DNA of 64,000 bases, from assembly GCA_030264375.1 (NCBI GenBank), contig JASCQW010000137.1, positions 45,861,085-45,925,084 of the forward strand. The letters are read 5' to 3'. This DNA is from Carcharhinus longimanus. Taxonomy: Eukaryota. The notes beneath the pieces were generated by a model, which had not been told where the DNA came from, did not search any database, and saw only the letters and a program-made list of their open reading frames with translations. How positions within the stretch are numbered: position 1 is the first letter of the stretch; each line of letters starts with the position of its first letter. A program made the translations under genes and the position numbers. Shown piece by piece: positions 62,194 to 64,000 of the stretch.

Positions 62194-63260
62194 CATTGCG
62201 TCTTTTGTATATTCCATCATTCACATTTCTCCAATCTTTGAGGTAAACTGTAAATAGAGAAGTAAGTCCAGTGATGATAGAATACACAGTTTGATTTCCT
62301 GGATGGGAAGCAAAAGGTGCTGTGTGGCAATCAGAGCAAAACCCATTCTCCTCACTGAGTCTCTCTTCAAAAGAAATGGTTAAATAAAAATTAATCAAAC
62401 ACCCCAACCATTTCCTGGGCTAACTTACTTGGTTTCGATATTAGAACCCTTTTTAGACAACTCATTACCAAAAATAATTATCTTCTGCAGCTTAAGTTTC
62501 AGCCCAGGTCTCAGGCCTGGTATTAGTTCCAGTTCTGAATCTGGATAATTCCTTTGATATTCTGATGCACCCCAACAGATGCTAGTAGCAAAAGGAACAT
62601 TTCAGCTGCATTAATAAATAGCGGTATAATAAATAAATTAAGTCCAAGGAAAATGTCACAGAGTTTCTAATTGGAATATATTAAAACCAGTATTTCTGCA
62701 TAGCGCACCTCAACAACCATCATATCAGCCAGCTCCAAGTTCAGAGGTAGATTAACAACTCAAGCACAAATCTAACTCCTTCAAGAAGTAAAGAGAATGT
62801 CTATTGCACAGTTGTAAGTACTTGGATTTATACAGCATCTTTCACTTTGAAATATCTCTTCATGCAATAAACTACTTTTTGTAGTGTAGTCACAGTTATT
62901 CAGACAAAAACAGAGCAGCCATTACACACAAATGCTCCATAAATTAACTGAATGATAAGTTGACCTGTTGTAGGATAAAAATTGAAGGAGAATGTTGATT
63001 GGGTGAAATCCAATCATGCCATGGGATCTCTTATCTCCATTTGACCTTCTGGAATAGCTGAACAAGACTTTACTGAGCATCTCATTATGGCTGCAGGAGC
63101 AAGCCAGAGACTAGGAATTCTGCAGCAAGTAATTCACTTCCTGACTCCCAAAAGCCTGTTCACTATCTCCAAGGCACAATTCAGGAGTGTGATGGAATGC
63201 AAAAACAAAAAGTGCTGGAAAATCTCAGCAGGTTTGACAGCATCTGTGGAGAGAGAACAA

Positions 63261-63473
63261 GATGTAGAGATGCTGGCGTTGGATTGGGGTAAACACAGTA
63301 AGAAGTCTCACAACACCAGGTTAAAGTCCAACCAGTTTATTTGATAGTAAACCCACAAGCTTTTAGGGTTTTCCCCTTCGTCAGGTGAGTCAGGCACACC
63401 CCGAAATGTTGTGGATTTACTATCAAATGAACTGGTTGGACTTTAACCTGGTGTTGTGAGACTTCTTACTGTG
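63261..63473. mobile_element. Family A palindromic mini-element (adjacent to a family B half at 63200-63260)
   Basis: CACAGTAAGAAGTCTCACAACACCAGGTTAAAGTCCAACCAGTT is inverted against AACTGGTTGGACTTTAACCTGGTGTTGTGAGACTTCTTACTGTG. No TSD seen. Confidence 0.85.
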
Positions 63474-63548
63474 ACCTCCCCTATAGTCAGTTAGGATACA
63501 ATGATTTTTCTCAAGGCCCCAGCAATTTCCTCTCTTGCCTCTCTCAGT

Positions 63549-63965
63549 ATTCCCAAGGTTTCAGGGTGTAATAGACTGCACCCATGTGGCTAAACAGGCT
63601 TCTGGCAGCAGCCCTTGATGTTCATCAACCACAAGCGATTCCATTCCATTAATGTGCTGTTGGTATGTGACCATCAAAAGCTCGTGTTTACACAGTTTCC
63701 TGGAAGTTCCTACATCCTTAGTCACTCCCCAGTGTTTGGGATCTTCGAGGGGTCAGAAAATCTGCAGGGATGGTTGCTGGGGAATAAAGGCTACCCAGTT
63801 AAACAGTGGCTAATGACTCCAGTGCATTATCCTCAGACTCTAACTGAGAAAAAGTACAATACTGTTCAGACCACCACATCCTCCCTCATTGAGCTTACCG
63901 TAGGACTGCTGTAGATGTGATTTAGATGCTCGGACTGCTCAGGTGGCTCTATGCAATACACATCT
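63549..63965 (+). pseudogene. PIF/Harbinger (HARBI1-like, DDE_Tnp_4) transposase relic
   Basis: FQGVIDCTHVA, then FINHKRFHSINVLLVCDH..FPGS..GWLLGNKGYPVKQWLMTP..EKKYN..IELTVGLL*M*FRCSDCSGGSMQY; stops and a frameshift are present. Confidence 0.9.
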
Positions 63966-64000
63966 TTCTGCAAATAAGATCAAAACTGAACATAATATTC

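Noticed and set aside
63615-63914. Possible domesticated HARBI1 gene
   Set aside because: In-frame stops, a frameshift, a degraded PGS.HD motif and GD>GN indicate a dead transposon copy.
1-64000. CRISPR arrays, rRNA genes or prokaryotic operons
   Set aside because: None seen; the sequence is TE-rich vertebrate DNA.

Overview
This is vertebrate (very likely shark/elasmobranch) nuclear scaffold sequence with N-gaps at about 2097-2196, 9513-9522, 17510-17609, 29711-30201, 49062-49161 and 50134-50702. I recognise no intact host protein-coding gene. The window reads as a large intron or intergenic stretch packed with mobile-element relics. These include CR1, L2-like, RTE and Rex1/Babar LINE fragments; HE1-type (V-SINE), SacSINE1/Deu-type and other tRNA-derived SINEs; a Gypsy LTR relic (LTR, tRNA-Leu PBS, gag, protease); a PIF/Harbinger transposase relic with many MITE-like copies; and a Penelope-like coding fragment. 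The most interesting signal is a set of about 165-240 bp palindromic mini-elements carrying minimal hammerhead-ribozyme cores (CUGANGA-stem II-GAAA-GC-UH). Three of the four copies are flanked by 12-13 bp target-site duplications, and a second, older hairpin family carries degenerate cores. There are also two local diverged duplications, two minisatellites, a SINE tail swap, and several low-confidence candidate exons, promoters, CTCF sites and conserved non-coding elements. Family names come from recalled consensus motifs, not database searches, and most repeat boundaries are approximate.
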